Origin: an uncultured Planctomycetaceae bacterium | Lineage (GTDB): Bacteria; Planctomycetota; Planctomycetia; Planctomycetales; Planctomycetaceae | Assembly (NCBI GenBank): GCA_963815195.1 | Contig: CAWFGE010000012.1 | Location: forward strand, 192,001-256,000 | Reading direction: 5' to 3' | DNA length: 64,000 bases | Shown here: positions 1 through 10,222 of the stretch, piece after piece | Layout of the letters: every line of letters starts with the position of its first letter | Numbering within the stretch: position 1 is the first letter of the stretch | Made by a program: the position numbers and the translations under genes | The notes under the pieces: generated by a model | What the model was told of the DNA's origin: nothing | Seen by the model: the letters and a program-made list of their open reading frames with translations, nothing else | Databases searched by the model: none

Positions 1-215
1 CCCGAAACCCTTTGTACCTTGGCAAATGAAAGAACCTCAACTGGCGTTAACAGTTGAGGCCGAGCACCACCGATCTTTAGCCTGGAGGTGATGCCGTGGG
101 CAATCCTAACAAAACGCCCGCTCAAAGCCAAGACACGGCAAAAGCCCAAGCCCATTGCTCCAGGACACAATCTTGCCCGGAAACCCGTGCCGAAACTTTT
201 TCTTTGGGTGGTTCC

Positions 216-2902
216 ATGTCTGACTTGATTCAGAGCGCTGCTTCTCGAAGTGGGGCCCTTCTCTTGGCGACGGCCTGTTGGTTGTTGGTTCTGGGAAATG
301 CGGTGGCCGAGGACGCGGATTTGCTCATCGTGGCCGGCCAGTCGAACGCGGTCGGTTACAATGGCGTGCCCGGTGAGTTGCCGCGGGATGAGGCTGACCA
401 GAGGATACTGTTTTGGTGGCGGTGCGGGGATCCGCCGCCGGACGAGCACGATTCCACCAGCGGCGGGCGTTGGACGGTTTTGCAGGCGCAACCGTTGGGG
501 AATCCCAAGCGGCCCAAACAGGGCCGGCAGTACGGCAATTTCGCCCAACCCGAAGGCGGCTTTGGACCGGAGATCGGCCTGGCCCGCACGCTTTATGCCC
601 AGGAGCAAAAACCGCTCGCGGTTGTAAAGGCCGCGTTCAGCGGGACCGGCCTCGAGCGGGATTGGAATCCGGCCGATCCCGGCGAGGGCGGCTCGTGTTA
701 CCGAGCCCTGGTGGCGGAGGTTCGCTCGGCCATCGCCGCGGCCAAGGCGCAAAAGGGCATCACGCTTCGCCCGCGGGCCTTGGCCTGGGTGCAGGGCGAA
801 AGCGATGCCAACGCCGACGATGCGAGGCGGTATGCTCAAAACCTGGGAAACATGCTCAGCGCCTTGCGCCGGGATTTAGAGGCCCCGGAACTCCTGGCGC
901 TCCTCGCCGTCAACACGCGGTTCGGCGGAGGCGGCAACGCCTTCATGCCGATGATCGTCGCGCAGCAAGAACGGCTGGCCGCGAGCGATCCGCGCTCTGA
1001 ATATGTCGATACATCCTCAGCCACCATTGCGAATGCCGCTCACTTCGACACCAAGGGCACGCTGGAAGTCGGCCGGCTGTTTGCGGTGTCGCTGAAACAT
1101 CTCGAAGCCAAACTCCAGCCCGCGCGCGGCATTTTACGATCGTCACGTTGGGGGATTCGATCACCAAAGGCGTTCGCAACGGCGTGACGGCGGAACAGAC
1201 TTTTGCGTCCCTCTTGGAAAGCCGGTTGAAGCAGAAAGGGATGTCCGTCCGCGTGATCAACGTAGGCATCGGCGGCGAGCGGACCGATCAGGCTTTGAAA
1301 CGGTTGGACCAAATCATCGACATCCAACCGGACCTCGTTACGGTGATGTACGGCACCAACGACAGCTATGTCGATCCGGGCAAGACCGCCAGCCGCATTA
1401 CGGTCGAGGCGTATCGCGAGAACCTCGCGAAGATCGTCGCCGAACTGCTTCGGCGGGGAATCCGGCCGGTGTTGATGACCGAGCCCCGCTGGGCCGACGA
1501 TGCCCGGCCGAACGGGTTGGGCGAAAACCCCAATGGGCGTTTGGAACCTTATCTCAAAGCGTGCCGCGAAACGGCCGAGACGTGGCGGGTGCCGCTGGTC
1601 GATCTCTATGCGATATGGACGGACTCCCGCAAGAACGGCGTCAACCTCCGCGAGTGGACCACCGACGGCTGTCATCCCAACCCCGCCGGGCATCGCGAAG
1701 TCGCGGCGGCCCTGTTGCCGATGGTTGAGCGGTTGACGGGACCGGAACTCACGACCCGGGGCAAACTGTTGGCGGGCGAAGCGGTCCGCATCGTCTGTTT
1801 TGGGGACAGCGTGACCGGAGTTTATTATCACACGGGCAGCCGGCGGGCTTATACTGATCTGTTGGGAATCGCCCTTCGCCGCGTGACCCCGACCGCGAAG
1901 GTGGAGACGATCAATGCGGGCATCAGCGGGCATACGACGGGGAATGCCTTGGCCCGCATCGACCGCGATGTGCTCAGCCATCATCCCGATCTGGTCACGG
2001 TCATGTTCGGCCTCAACGATATGACGCGCGTGCCGTTGGAGGAATACAAAGCCAATCTGAAAAAGATTGTCGCCCAATGCCGGGCCGCCGGGAGCGAAGT
2101 CATCCTGGCGACGCCCAACAATGTGATCAGCACAAGCGGCCGGCCCACGGAGAAGCTCATCGCCTACTGCGATGCGGTGCGGGAGGTCGGTCGGGAATTG
2201 AACGTGCCGGTCTCTGATTGCTACCGCGAACTCGATGCGGTGCGGGCCGAGGAGCCCTTTGCCTGGCGGTTGATGATGAGCGATGCGATCCATCCCAACA
2301 TGGCGGGCCACAAACGGGTGGCCACCCAACTCGCTCAGACCATCACAGGACTGCGGATCTCCCTCGATGATGTGCCGCCGCCCGAACCGGCCCTCGCGAA
2401 AACACAAGCCGTGTTGCGGAACGACCAGCCCCTGCATGTCCTGGCGATGCCGCCTTTCGACAAGCTGATCGAACCCGCTCTCCGCGAGCATTTTCCCGAG
2501 GCCAAACTCAAAGTCGAAGCATGGCCGGTGGCGGGGTTGTCCCTCGCGCAGATCGAGCAGGATGCCAAGGCCCGCGTTCGCCAAACGAAACCCGATCTGG
2601 TGTTGATCGCCGTTCCCCGCTCCGCAAAGGCGGACACGGACGAAGCCTTCATCAATTCCTACGGCTGGATTCTGAACTGGTCGCTGAACTTCGGCCCGCC
2701 GACCTGGGATTGCCTCGTGGTGCATCCCTCCGTCACGGAACCCAACGCGAAATCCGGCAACAACGACGATCTTATCCGCCGGCTGGCGCGTGCCCAGGAT
2801 TTGCATTGGATCGACCGACCGCCGGGAAGCAAAGCCGAGGGATCCACTTTGCTCCGCGAGTGGCTCAGGCAACAATTAAAGCCGGCGGGCGGAGGGCGGT
2901 AG
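216..2902 (+). CDS. Multi-domain SGNH esterase: sialate O-acetylesterase-like (SASA) domain plus two GDSL domains, split by one frameshift near 1120-1130
   Basis: ORF 96..1187 has a signal-like segment and the AGQSNA, FGPE and WVQGESD motifs. ORF 1148..2902 has LGDSIT/GTND/DGCHPN and FGDSVT/GLND/DAIHPN. The alternative frame at the cgcgcgcg run reads ...ARHFTIVTLGDSIT, which joins the two. Confidence 0.8.
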
Positions 2903-2955
2903 GTAAAAGGCTAATAACATCAGTAACATTCGTTCGCTTGGATCCGGGAGGTAAG

Positions 2956-3261
2956 ATGCTGGGTTTGATTATCGGCGCGGGGATTTTGGGGCTGATCGTG
3001 GCCGTGATGGAAGAAGGAGAGTTTCCGGGCTGGTTCCCCATGATCGGGTGCGTGCTCGCCGCTGCGATACCGGCGGCGATCGTGAACTCGTTCCTTCCGC
3101 CCTCGTTGTTTATCGTCGGGTTAGCTGTGGGGGCGCTTTGTGCGGGCTGCGCCATCTCGGCCTTGTGCGGCATGACGGTGAAACGCGCCAGCATCGCCGC
3201 CGGCATTTATCTGGCCATCCAAGGCGGAATCGAGTTCGCACTCTTTGCCACGATGAGCTAG
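2956..3261 (+). CDS. Small hydrophobic membrane protein
   Basis: ATG at 2956 after a GGAGG RBS-like sequence; 101 aa, almost entirely hydrophobic helices. Confidence 0.7.
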   Translation: MLGLIIGAGILGLIVAVMEEGEFPGWFPMIGCVLAAAIPAAIVNSFLPPSLFIVGLAVGALCAGCAISALCGMTVKRASIAAGIYLAIQGGIEFALFATMS

Positions 3262-3263
3262 AC

Positions 3264-3286
3264 ACTCCAGCGATTGGGGCTTTTTT
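3264..3286 (+). terminator. Possible intrinsic terminator
   Basis: Short ctcca/tgggg stem followed by a T6 run just after the stop codon. Confidence 0.35.
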
Positions 3287-3409
3287 GTTCGAACGGGCAA
3301 CGGCCACAAAGTGTGGCAGATGGAAAAATCGCGAATTCCCCTGAAGCGAAGGCACGCGGCGAACCGATGAATTGTGTTTGAGCGGTGTGCACATCGCGTG
3401 GGGGAATGT

Positions 3410-3694
3410 ATGGAAACACAAAAGCCCGGTCCCGAACGGCTCCGAAAACCCGACGCCCGCCGGTTGCTGAAGCTCCCGGTGACGGTCGCGGTGCATCTCG
3501 CCGAACGCAAAATCAATTTGAGCCAGCTCTTGACGATGGCCCCGGGAACGCTGCTCACGTTCGACAAATCCTGCGAAGATTTGCTCGATCTTTACGTCAA
3601 CAACCGCTACTACGCCCGCGGCGAAGCCGTCAAGATCGGCGAGAAGTTCGGCCTCAAGATCAACGAAATCGGCGACCTCTCCGCCGAGGAATAG
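3410..3694 (+). CDS. FliM/FliN C-terminal (SpoA) domain protein
   Basis: LPVTVAVHLAE...LDLYVNN...ARGEAVKIGEKFGLKI is typical of the FliN/SpoA domain. Confidence 0.85.
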   Translation: METQKPGPERLRKPDARRLLKLPVTVAVHLAERKINLSQLLTMAPGTLLTFDKSCEDLLDLYVNNRYYARGEAVKIGEKFGLKINEIGDLSAEE

Positions 3695-3798
3695 CGGCCC
3701 GGACAGCCTAGCCGGCGCCGGACGGGGTTGCGTATGATGTTAGAAACGTCTTCACCCTCACATCACCCCGTCCTCGACTTCCCCGCCGGGCCGCGTCC

Positions 3799-4398
3799 AT
3801 GATCTTCGTCCTCGACAATTACGATTCCTTCACCTACAACCTCGTGCAGCGGTTGGGCGAAATCGACGACCGGCTCGAAATCCGCGTGGCCCGGAACGAT
3901 CAGATCACGATCGGCGAAATCGAAGACCTCGCCCCGGAGCGGATTCTGATTTCCCCCGGTCCCGGCACGCCGAGCGAAGCGGGTCTGTCCAAAGAGGTGA
4001 TAAAACACTTCGGGCCGAAGGTGCCGGTGCTGGGCGTGTGCCTGGGGCATCAGAGCATCGCCGAGGTGTATGCCGGCCGGGTGATCCGGGCCGACCGTTT
4101 GATGCACGGCAAGGTCTCGCCGATCTATCACGACGCCCAGGGGGTCTTTGCCGGACTGCGGTCCCCCTTCATCGCCACGCGGTATCACAGCCTGATCGTC
4201 CCGGAAGACAGCCTAAGCGAAGAACTCGAAATCTGCGCCTGGACCGACGATCCCGGCCGGCCCCGCGAAATCATGGGCTTCCGCCACCGGAAGCACCCGG
4301 TGCACGGCGTGCAGTTTCATCCCGAAAGTTTTCTGACCGAAGAAGGCATCGGCCTTTTGAAAAACTTTCTGGACCTCCCCGCCCCCGCCCCGGTTTAG
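3799..4398 (+). CDS. trpG: Anthranilate/aminodeoxychorismate synthase component II (glutamine amidotransferase; TrpG/PabA type)
   Basis: DNYDSFTYNL, SPGPG, GVCLGHQ, RYHSL and GVQFHPES motifs. Confidence 0.92.
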   Translation: MIFVLDNYDSFTYNLVQRLGEIDDRLEIRVARNDQITIGEIEDLAPERILISPGPGTPSEAGLSKEVIKHFGPKVPVLGVCLGHQSIAEVYAGRVIRADRLMHGKVSPIYHDAQGVFAGLRSPFIATRYHSLIVPEDSLSEELEICAWTDDPGRPREIMGFRHRKHPVHGVQFHPESFLTEEGIGLLKNFLDLPAPAPV

Positions 4399-5123
4399 AA
4401 ATCCGATTCCTCGCGCTGGGGCTCGCCGACGATTTTTGCGGAGGTGATGTAATCCAGCTTGGGAAACGCCGCTTCGAGATACGCGTTGCCTTGGAGTTCG
4501 ATCTGTTGTTGCTTCGGGTCCTCTCCGTATTCGGGATTGATCTTTCGCACGTTCTCCATGCCTTCGACCACTTCGCCGAACGGCGAAAAACCCTGTGCGT
4601 CCAGGCGGCCGTTGTTGCCCAGGTTGATGAAAATTTGCGTGGTGCGAGTGTTGGGGCCGGAGATGGCGAACGTGACCGTCCCAAGGGTGTTGGAGTGCCC
4701 GGGGGGATCGTCCGCGATCGGCTGTTTCCACTGCGCGTGCTCGGCGGGATCGCCGTTGATCCCGAACTGCACGACGAAGCCCGGCACGACGCGGAAGAAG
4801 CGGCAGCCGTCATAAAATCCCGACTCCACCACCTCACGAAACTGCGTGGCCCCCCGCGGCGCCCATTCGGGATGCACCGCGACCACAAACGGCCCGGCCG
4901 TCGTTTCAAAGCGGACGCGAAAGTCGTCGCCCGGCCCCAACAGATCGGGCTGCTCCCTCAAGTTCGACTCGGCCTGCGGCTTGGCCTGGGATTGTTCGCC
5001 CGTGTCCCGCATCAGCACCGCCCCGATCAGCCCCACAAAAAACAGGCCGACAATCCCCGCAACGGCATACACCACCAGCGGGATCGTGCCCGCTTCCACT
5101 TCCGGCAATTCGTTCTGGGACAT
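4395..5123 (-). CDS. Cyclophilin-type peptidyl-prolyl isomerase with N-terminal membrane anchor
   Basis: FYDGCRFFRVVPGFVVQFG, RTTQIFIN and FSPFGEVVEGM motifs; hydrophobic N-terminal helix. Confidence 0.9.
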   Translation of the reverse strand: MSQNELPEVEAGTIPLVVYAVAGIVGLFFVGLIGAVLMRDTGEQSQAKPQAESNLREQPDLLGPGDDFRVRFETTAGPFVVAVHPEWAPRGATQFREVVESGFYDGCRFFRVVPGFVVQFGINGDPAEHAQWKQPIADDPPGHSNTLGTVTFAISGPNTRTTQIFINLGNNGRLDAQGFSPFGEVVEGMENVRKINPEYGEDPKQQQIELQGNAYLEAAFPKLDYITSAKIVGEPQREESDF

Positions 5124-5296
5124 TTTGTTTTCACTCGTCGCAATGGTCAATGGGGAGGAGGATCGAGAATCGAGGTTGGAGGTTAGCGACCGGCGAAAAT
5201 CGCCGAGCTCCATCTTCTATCCTCTCTGGAAACTGCTCCGACGACAACCGTTCGAGAAATCTGAAACCTGGCCCGAAACCTCGGCGCGGCCGAACA

Positions 5297-6091
5297 CTAC
5301 AGCGGGATCCGCAGGCCGTCGTAGGCGAGCTCAACGTGCGGCGGCAGTTTGGCGTTCGTTTCCTCGTATTCGAGCGAGCACGACAAGTGCGTGAAGTAGG
5401 CTCGGCGGGGTTTCAGGCGGCGGACGACCTCCAGGCTCTCGCCCAGGCTGAAATGCGTGGGGTGCGGCTTCTCGCGGAGCGCATCCAGAATCAACACGTC
5501 CAAGCCTTCCAACAGCGGCCAACTGGAATCCGGGATGAAACTGACATCCGTGCAAAACGCGACATCGTTGATGCGAAACCCGAGCACCGGCAGCTTGCCG
5601 TGCATCAAACGGATCGGCCGCACGGTGAGGCCCAACAACCGAAACGGCTCCTCGTCGATCCGCTCGAACCGCAACCGCGGCAGCGCGTATTTGTGCGTGT
5701 TGAGCGATTCCTCATCTTCAAAGGCATAATAAAACGACCGCCGGATCGCCTTTTCGACCGGTTCCTCGCAATACAGCGGAATCGGCCGGTCCAGCCGATG
5801 CCCGCAGATTCGCAAGTCGTCCAGCCCGAAAATGTGGTCGGCGTGGTTGTGGGTGAAGACCGCTGCCTCTACGACGGGGATGTGCTCGCGGACCAGTTGC
5901 AGCCGCAGTTCCGGCCCGGTGTCGATCACAAAGTTCCCCTCCGGAGCCTTGACGACCACGCCGGTCCGCATGCGGTGGTTTTTGGGGTTCGTGGACCGGC
6001 AGGTTTCACAATCACAGCCGATGACCGGCACGCCCACGCTGGTCGCGCAGCCGGTGATGATGAGTTCGCTCGCAGAGTTTTCAGAGTTCAT
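5297..6091 (-). CDS. MBL-fold metallo-hydrolase, PhnP/YycJ-like
   Basis: GVPVIGCDC..C, IDTGPE, THNHADHIFGLDDLR, HPTHF and THLS motifs. Confidence 0.9.
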   Translation of the reverse strand: MNSENSASELIITGCATSVGVPVIGCDCETCRSTNPKNHRMRTGVVVKAPEGNFVIDTGPELRLQLVREHIPVVEAAVFTHNHADHIFGLDDLRICGHRLDRPIPLYCEEPVEKAIRRSFYYAFEDEESLNTHKYALPRLRFERIDEEPFRLLGLTVRPIRLMHGKLPVLGFRINDVAFCTDVSFIPDSSWPLLEGLDVLILDALREKPHPTHFSLGESLEVVRRLKPRRAYFTHLSCSLEYEETNAKLPPHVELAYDGLRIPL

Positions 6092-6483
6092 GGAAGAAGA
6101 ATAACGAATGCCGGGGCGGATGAGGAGAAGCGCCTCTTCTCATAACCATAGCATCCCCGCAAACGCGGGCAACCCAGGCCGGACGGATCTTTCGCCCTCT
6201 TTTCGAGTGGCTTGGGTGGCACATCCCTGAGCGCAGCGAAGGGCGTGATCAATGCCACCCACCGCTTGACTCCTAACTTTTGACCCGGCACGCTTTTTGC
6301 GCAAAACGTGCCCAAGCCTTTGGCATGCGGACGGCGTTTTCTGGAGCGACCGCTTCGGGAAAAATGCATATCTTCTTTCCCAGAAACGATTTGAGAAAGC
6401 CGGCTCGCGAAGGACCGGCCGGCGGCACAGCGTTTGCCTAACGGGGGAATCGAAACCTGCCTGACGGGGTTTTTGAGGTCTTC

Positions 6484-6678
6484 TCCTCCAACACCGCCGT
6501 CAACAGCCTCACGAATCACCCTGTCCATTGGGGGATCGGCCGGGAGTGTAGCCGGATCGGACCTTGTGTGGGTTCATCTCCGGGCGAGCGCCTATGCTTC
6601 CGGTCGTCTCCCAACCCTTCTTTTGCTCCTTCGATGCCTCAAAAGGGGGATCGGGCACAATGCGCTAACGTCAGAGAA
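6484..6678 (-). ncRNA. ssrS: Probable 6S RNA
   Basis: About 195 nt, intergenic. The 5' ttctctgacgtt pairs fully (with G-U) with the 3' ggtgttggagga. There is an A-rich central bulge and an apical stem (ggttggga/tcccggcc, ccgga/tccgg). The ends resemble known 6S RNAs (TTCTCTGA...CCCC and ...CGGCGG..GGAG). Confidence 0.65.
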
Positions 6679-6801
6679 CTCGACCTAGATCCGGTTTAGT
6701 TTTCACAGGTGGGCAACGCGACGCCAACGCGTGCCGAATAACCACTCTTCATTAGCCGAAGGGGGCACCGCCCGCAGGGTGGCCCGCCCCGGTTCACGAA
6801 A

Positions 6802-6913
6802 GGGTGGCACTGGCAGCTTGCTGCCAGTGTTTTCCAATCCCAAATCGACATCTGAAAAATCGTCCGTCAGCCAACTCCTCGAAGGCACTGGCAACAAGTT
6901 GCCAGTGGCACCC
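6802..6913. repeat. REPIN-like doublet: two inverted ~28-bp hairpin units
   Basis: gggtggcactggcagcttgctgccagtg (6802-6829) and its near reverse complement cactggcaacaagttgccagtggcaccc (6886-6913). Confidence 0.75.
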
Positions 6914-6985
6914 GCGCTAGCCCCGGTTCTTGGAGACGCCGTCGTCTGGTTTCGGCGGGTGGAAGCCGCCGCTACGACTCCGCAC

Positions 6986-8248
6986 TTACCGCTGGCCTTG
7001 CGGGACGAAGGTGCGTTCGTTTTCGCCGGTGTAGATTTGGCGGGGCCGCATGATCCGGCCTTTGGGATCGTCGCGGAGTTCCTTCCAGTGGGCCAGCCAA
7101 CCGGGGAGCCGGCCGAGCGCGAACATCACCGTGAACATGTTCGTGGGGATGCCCATCGCGCGGTACAGAATCCCGCTGTAAAAATCCACGTTGGGATAGA
7201 GTTTGCGTTCGACGAAATACTCGTCGTTGAGCGCGACTTCCTCCAGATGCCGGGCGATTTCCAGAAGCGGATCGTCCACACCCATCTCTTGGAGCAAGAC
7301 GCCGGCCTGTTTTCGCAAGATCGTGGCGCGGGGGTCGAAGTTTTTGTAAACGCGATGCCCGAAGCCCATCAGCCGGAAGTCGGAGTTCTTGTCCTTCGCC
7401 ATGTTGACGTATTTCTTATAGTCGCCCCCGTCCCTGCGGATCATCTCCAGCATTTCGAGCACGGCCTGGTTCGCCCCGCCGTGCAGCGGCCCCGACAACG
7501 CGCAAATCCCCGCCGAGATCGACGCGAACAAGTCCGCCTGGCTGCTGCCCACGCCGCGGACCGTGGAGGTGCTGCAGTTCTGCTCGTGGTCGGCATGCAG
7601 AATTAAGAGGGCATTCAGGGCCTCCACCATCAACGGGGGGACTTCATAATCCTCCGCCGGCACCGCGAACATCATGTGCAGAAAGTTCGCGCAGTAGGAC
7701 AACTCGTTCTTCGGATACATAAACGGCTGCCCGATGGATTTTTTGTAGGCATAAGCCGCGATGGTTTTGACCTTCGCCAAGAGCCTTATCATGTTGTGCT
7801 CGTCGTCCACGTCGGGATAATAGCTCGACAGCGAAGCGACCATCGACGAGAGAATCGCCATCGGGTGCGCGCCGGGCGGATAGCCCTCGAAGAATTTCTT
7901 CATGTCTTCGTGGATCATGCTGTGATAGGTGAGCTTCTTGCGGAAGTCGGCCAGTTCGTTCGCGTCGGGCAGCTTGCCGTAAAGCAACAGGTAGCTGACT
8001 TCAACGAACGTGGCGTTCTCGGCCAGTTGGTCGATGGGATAGCCGCGGTACAGCAGAATGCCGTTCTCGCCGTCGATATAGGTGATGGAGCTTTGGCAGG
8101 AGCCGGTGTTGCCGAAGCCGGGATCGAGGGTGACCACGCCGGTTTTGGCGCGGAGGGATGTGATGTCGATGCCTCGCTCGCCTTCCGAACCTTCCACGAG
8201 GGGAAATTCGTATTCCTGTCCGTCCAGGAGGAGTTTCGCGGTGCTCAT
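6986..8248 (-). CDS. gltA: Citrate synthase (type II)
   Basis: LLYRGYPI, HADHEQNCSTST, GPLHGGAN, LMGFGHRVYK and YPNVDFYSG motifs. Confidence 0.97.
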   Translation of the reverse strand: MSTAKLLLDGQEYEFPLVEGSEGERGIDITSLRAKTGVVTLDPGFGNTGSCQSSITYIDGENGILLYRGYPIDQLAENATFVEVSYLLLYGKLPDANELADFRKKLTYHSMIHEDMKKFFEGYPPGAHPMAILSSMVASLSSYYPDVDDEHNMIRLLAKVKTIAAYAYKKSIGQPFMYPKNELSYCANFLHMMFAVPAEDYEVPPLMVEALNALLILHADHEQNCSTSTVRGVGSSQADLFASISAGICALSGPLHGGANQAVLEMLEMIRRDGGDYKKYVNMAKDKNSDFRLMGFGHRVYKNFDPRATILRKQAGVLLQEMGVDDPLLEIARHLEEVALNDEYFVERKLYPNVDFYSGILYRAMGIPTNMFTVMFALGRLPGWLAHWKELRDDPKGRIMRPRQIYTGENERTFVPQGQR

Positions 8249-8502
8249 GGGCTGTCCTTTTCGCTGGAAAATGCTTCGGTGGGGTCGATCAACAATACCT
8301 CGAAGGGGAGGCGCATCCCGCATCACGACTTTATTGTGATCGCTTCAAAAAAATTCGCCAGTCCGAAACCGGGAGAATCTGGTTTTACGGCGAAGACCGC
8401 CGGGGCAAACCGGTTTTCATGCCAAGAGAAGACGCCGAGGGTGCAAACCGTAGCGGCCGCTTCCAGCCGCCGAGATCCATCTTCGTCAGCAAGATGCCCC
8501 CG

Positions 8503-10149
8503 CTACGGTTTGCCAGGTCGGCGGAGGTAGTCCACGCCGTAGTCTTCGGGAAGCGGGGTGACGAGATTTTCCTTGGCCCATTTGTTCCATTGGTCCGCGA
8601 GGGTTTGCACCAGGTCGGGCTTTTGGCTGGCGAGGTTGTGAAGCTCCGTGCGGTCTTCCGAGATGTGGTAAAGTTCCCAGGGCGCATCGCGGAGGGCGAC
8701 CAACTTCCAATCGCCCGCATACACCGCCCGGTTGCCTTCGTGCTCGAAGAACAACGTCCGCAGCTCGCGGATTCCCTTTTGCGCGAGGGGAATCAAACTC
8801 TGGCCCGGCAGCGGCAGCTTGCCTTGATATTTCGCCCCGCCCGCGTCGGCGATCGTGGGCAGGAGGTCGATGATGTGGGCCGGTTGGTCGTCGATGGCCC
8901 CCGCGCGAACCCCGCCCGCCGGCCAGTGAATGATGCAAGGCGACGAGATCCCGCCTTCGTGTGTGAAGTGCTTGTACAACCGCCAGGGCGTGTTCGACGC
9001 GTTCGCCCAGCCCGAACCCGCGCTGTGATAATGGCCCGCGCTCCCCATTGCTTCGAGTTCGTTCCCGCGATGCAGGATGTTGTTGTTGCTGGATTTGACA
9101 TCGAACCCGAACGGATCCCACTCCGCACAGGCTCCGTTGTCGGACAGAAACACGATCAGCGTGTTCGCGAACTCGTTCGCTTCTTTCAAGTCGGCAAGTA
9201 CGCGGCCGATGTTCTGATCCATCCGGTCCACCATCGCCGCATAAATCGCCATCCGCCGGGCAAGATCTTTTTGGCGGTCTTCGGGCAACGTGGACCATGC
9301 GGGGTTGACGCCGGTCTGCGTTTCACCGTAATTCCAATACCGCGAACGCGGCGAGAGCGGCGTGTCCGCGGGCACGAGGCCCAGTTCTTTCATCCGCTTC
9401 AGCCGGCGATCGCGAATCACATCCCAGCCGACCTGATAGGTCGCGGCATACTTGGCGATGTCGGCGGGCGGAGCCTGGAGCGGAAAATGCGGGGCGTTAT
9501 AAGCGAGATACAAGAACCAGGGCTTCTCGGGCGTGCTGCGGGCCAGCTTCAGAAAGTCGAGGGCGTAATCGGTGAGGGCATCGGTTCCGTAGAATTGATC
9601 TTTCGCATCGCTCCGCCGTTCGCGGCTGGCGGGCAGGCGCAGGTAATGGTCGGGATCCCAAAACGTCTGGGCACTGATCAACGTGCCGAAGTATTCCTCG
9701 AATCCGTGCCGAGTGGGATCGGGCGTCCCCAAATGCCATTTGCCGGATAGAAACGAGCGATAGCCCGCTTCTTTGAGAACCTCGGCGATCGTGAGGGCGT
9801 CCTCAGAAACCTTCCCGCGATAGCCGGGCCGATGCAGATCTTCGACCTTGTGCCCCACGCCCACGCGGTGCGGATATTGGCCGGTCAGAATGCTCGTCCG
9901 CGACGGGCAGCAGCGGGCCATGTTATAGAGCCGCGTGAGCCTCAGACCGTGTTTCGCCAGGCCGTCCAGGTTCGGCGTCGCGATCTCGCCGCCGTAGCAT
10001 CCCAAATCGCTGAACCCCAAATCGTCCGCGACGATCAGCAACACATTCGGCCGATCCTCGGCGGGGGCGGAAGTCGCCGCTGCTGCGAGAATCCAAATCC
10101 CGATCCCCATCCATAGGGCGCTACGAAACGACATCGGCTGCTGTCTCAT
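8503..10149 (-). CDS. Arylsulfatase (Cys-type, formylglycine-dependent)
   Basis: Signal peptide, RPNVLLIVADDLG, CCPSR..ILTG, GKWHLG, APHFP and SDNG motifs. Confidence 0.95.
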   Translation of the reverse strand: MRQQPMSFRSALWMGIGIWILAAAATSAPAEDRPNVLLIVADDLGFSDLGCYGGEIATPNLDGLAKHGLRLTRLYNMARCCPSRTSILTGQYPHRVGVGHKVEDLHRPGYRGKVSEDALTIAEVLKEAGYRSFLSGKWHLGTPDPTRHGFEEYFGTLISAQTFWDPDHYLRLPASRERRSDAKDQFYGTDALTDYALDFLKLARSTPEKPWFLYLAYNAPHFPLQAPPADIAKYAATYQVGWDVIRDRRLKRMKELGLVPADTPLSPRSRYWNYGETQTGVNPAWSTLPEDRQKDLARRMAIYAAMVDRMDQNIGRVLADLKEANEFANTLIVFLSDNGACAEWDPFGFDVKSSNNNILHRGNELEAMGSAGHYHSAGSGWANASNTPWRLYKHFTHEGGISSPCIIHWPAGGVRAGAIDDQPAHIIDLLPTIADAGGAKYQGKLPLPGQSLIPLAQKGIRELRTLFFEHEGNRAVYAGDWKLVALRDAPWELYHISEDRTELHNLASQKPDLVQTLADQWNKWAKENLVTPLPEDYGVDYLRRPGKP

Positions 10150-10222
10150 GCGGTTGTCTCCCCCCTTTGCTCCTCGGCGGCCTGTGTGGCCTTGGCGGCC
10201 TCAAAGTCGAAGATTCATTATT

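Noticed and set aside
1040..2875. 611-aa minus-strand ORF
   Set aside because: Antisense shadow of the GDSL esterase, expected in high-GC DNA; no motifs.
3410..3694. fliN-like gene as sign of a flagellar or type III secretion cluster
   Set aside because: No other flagellar or T3SS genes in the window.
6444..6461. T-loop-like GGTTTCGATTCC on the minus strand suggesting tRNA/tmRNA
   Set aside because: No acceptor stem, cloverleaf or CCA end could be built.
6088..6688. Short ORFs 6088..6528 and 6434..6688
   Set aside because: No motifs; they overlap repeats and the 6S RNA candidate.
8419..9750. 443-aa plus-strand ORF
   Set aside because: Antisense to the arylsulfatase.
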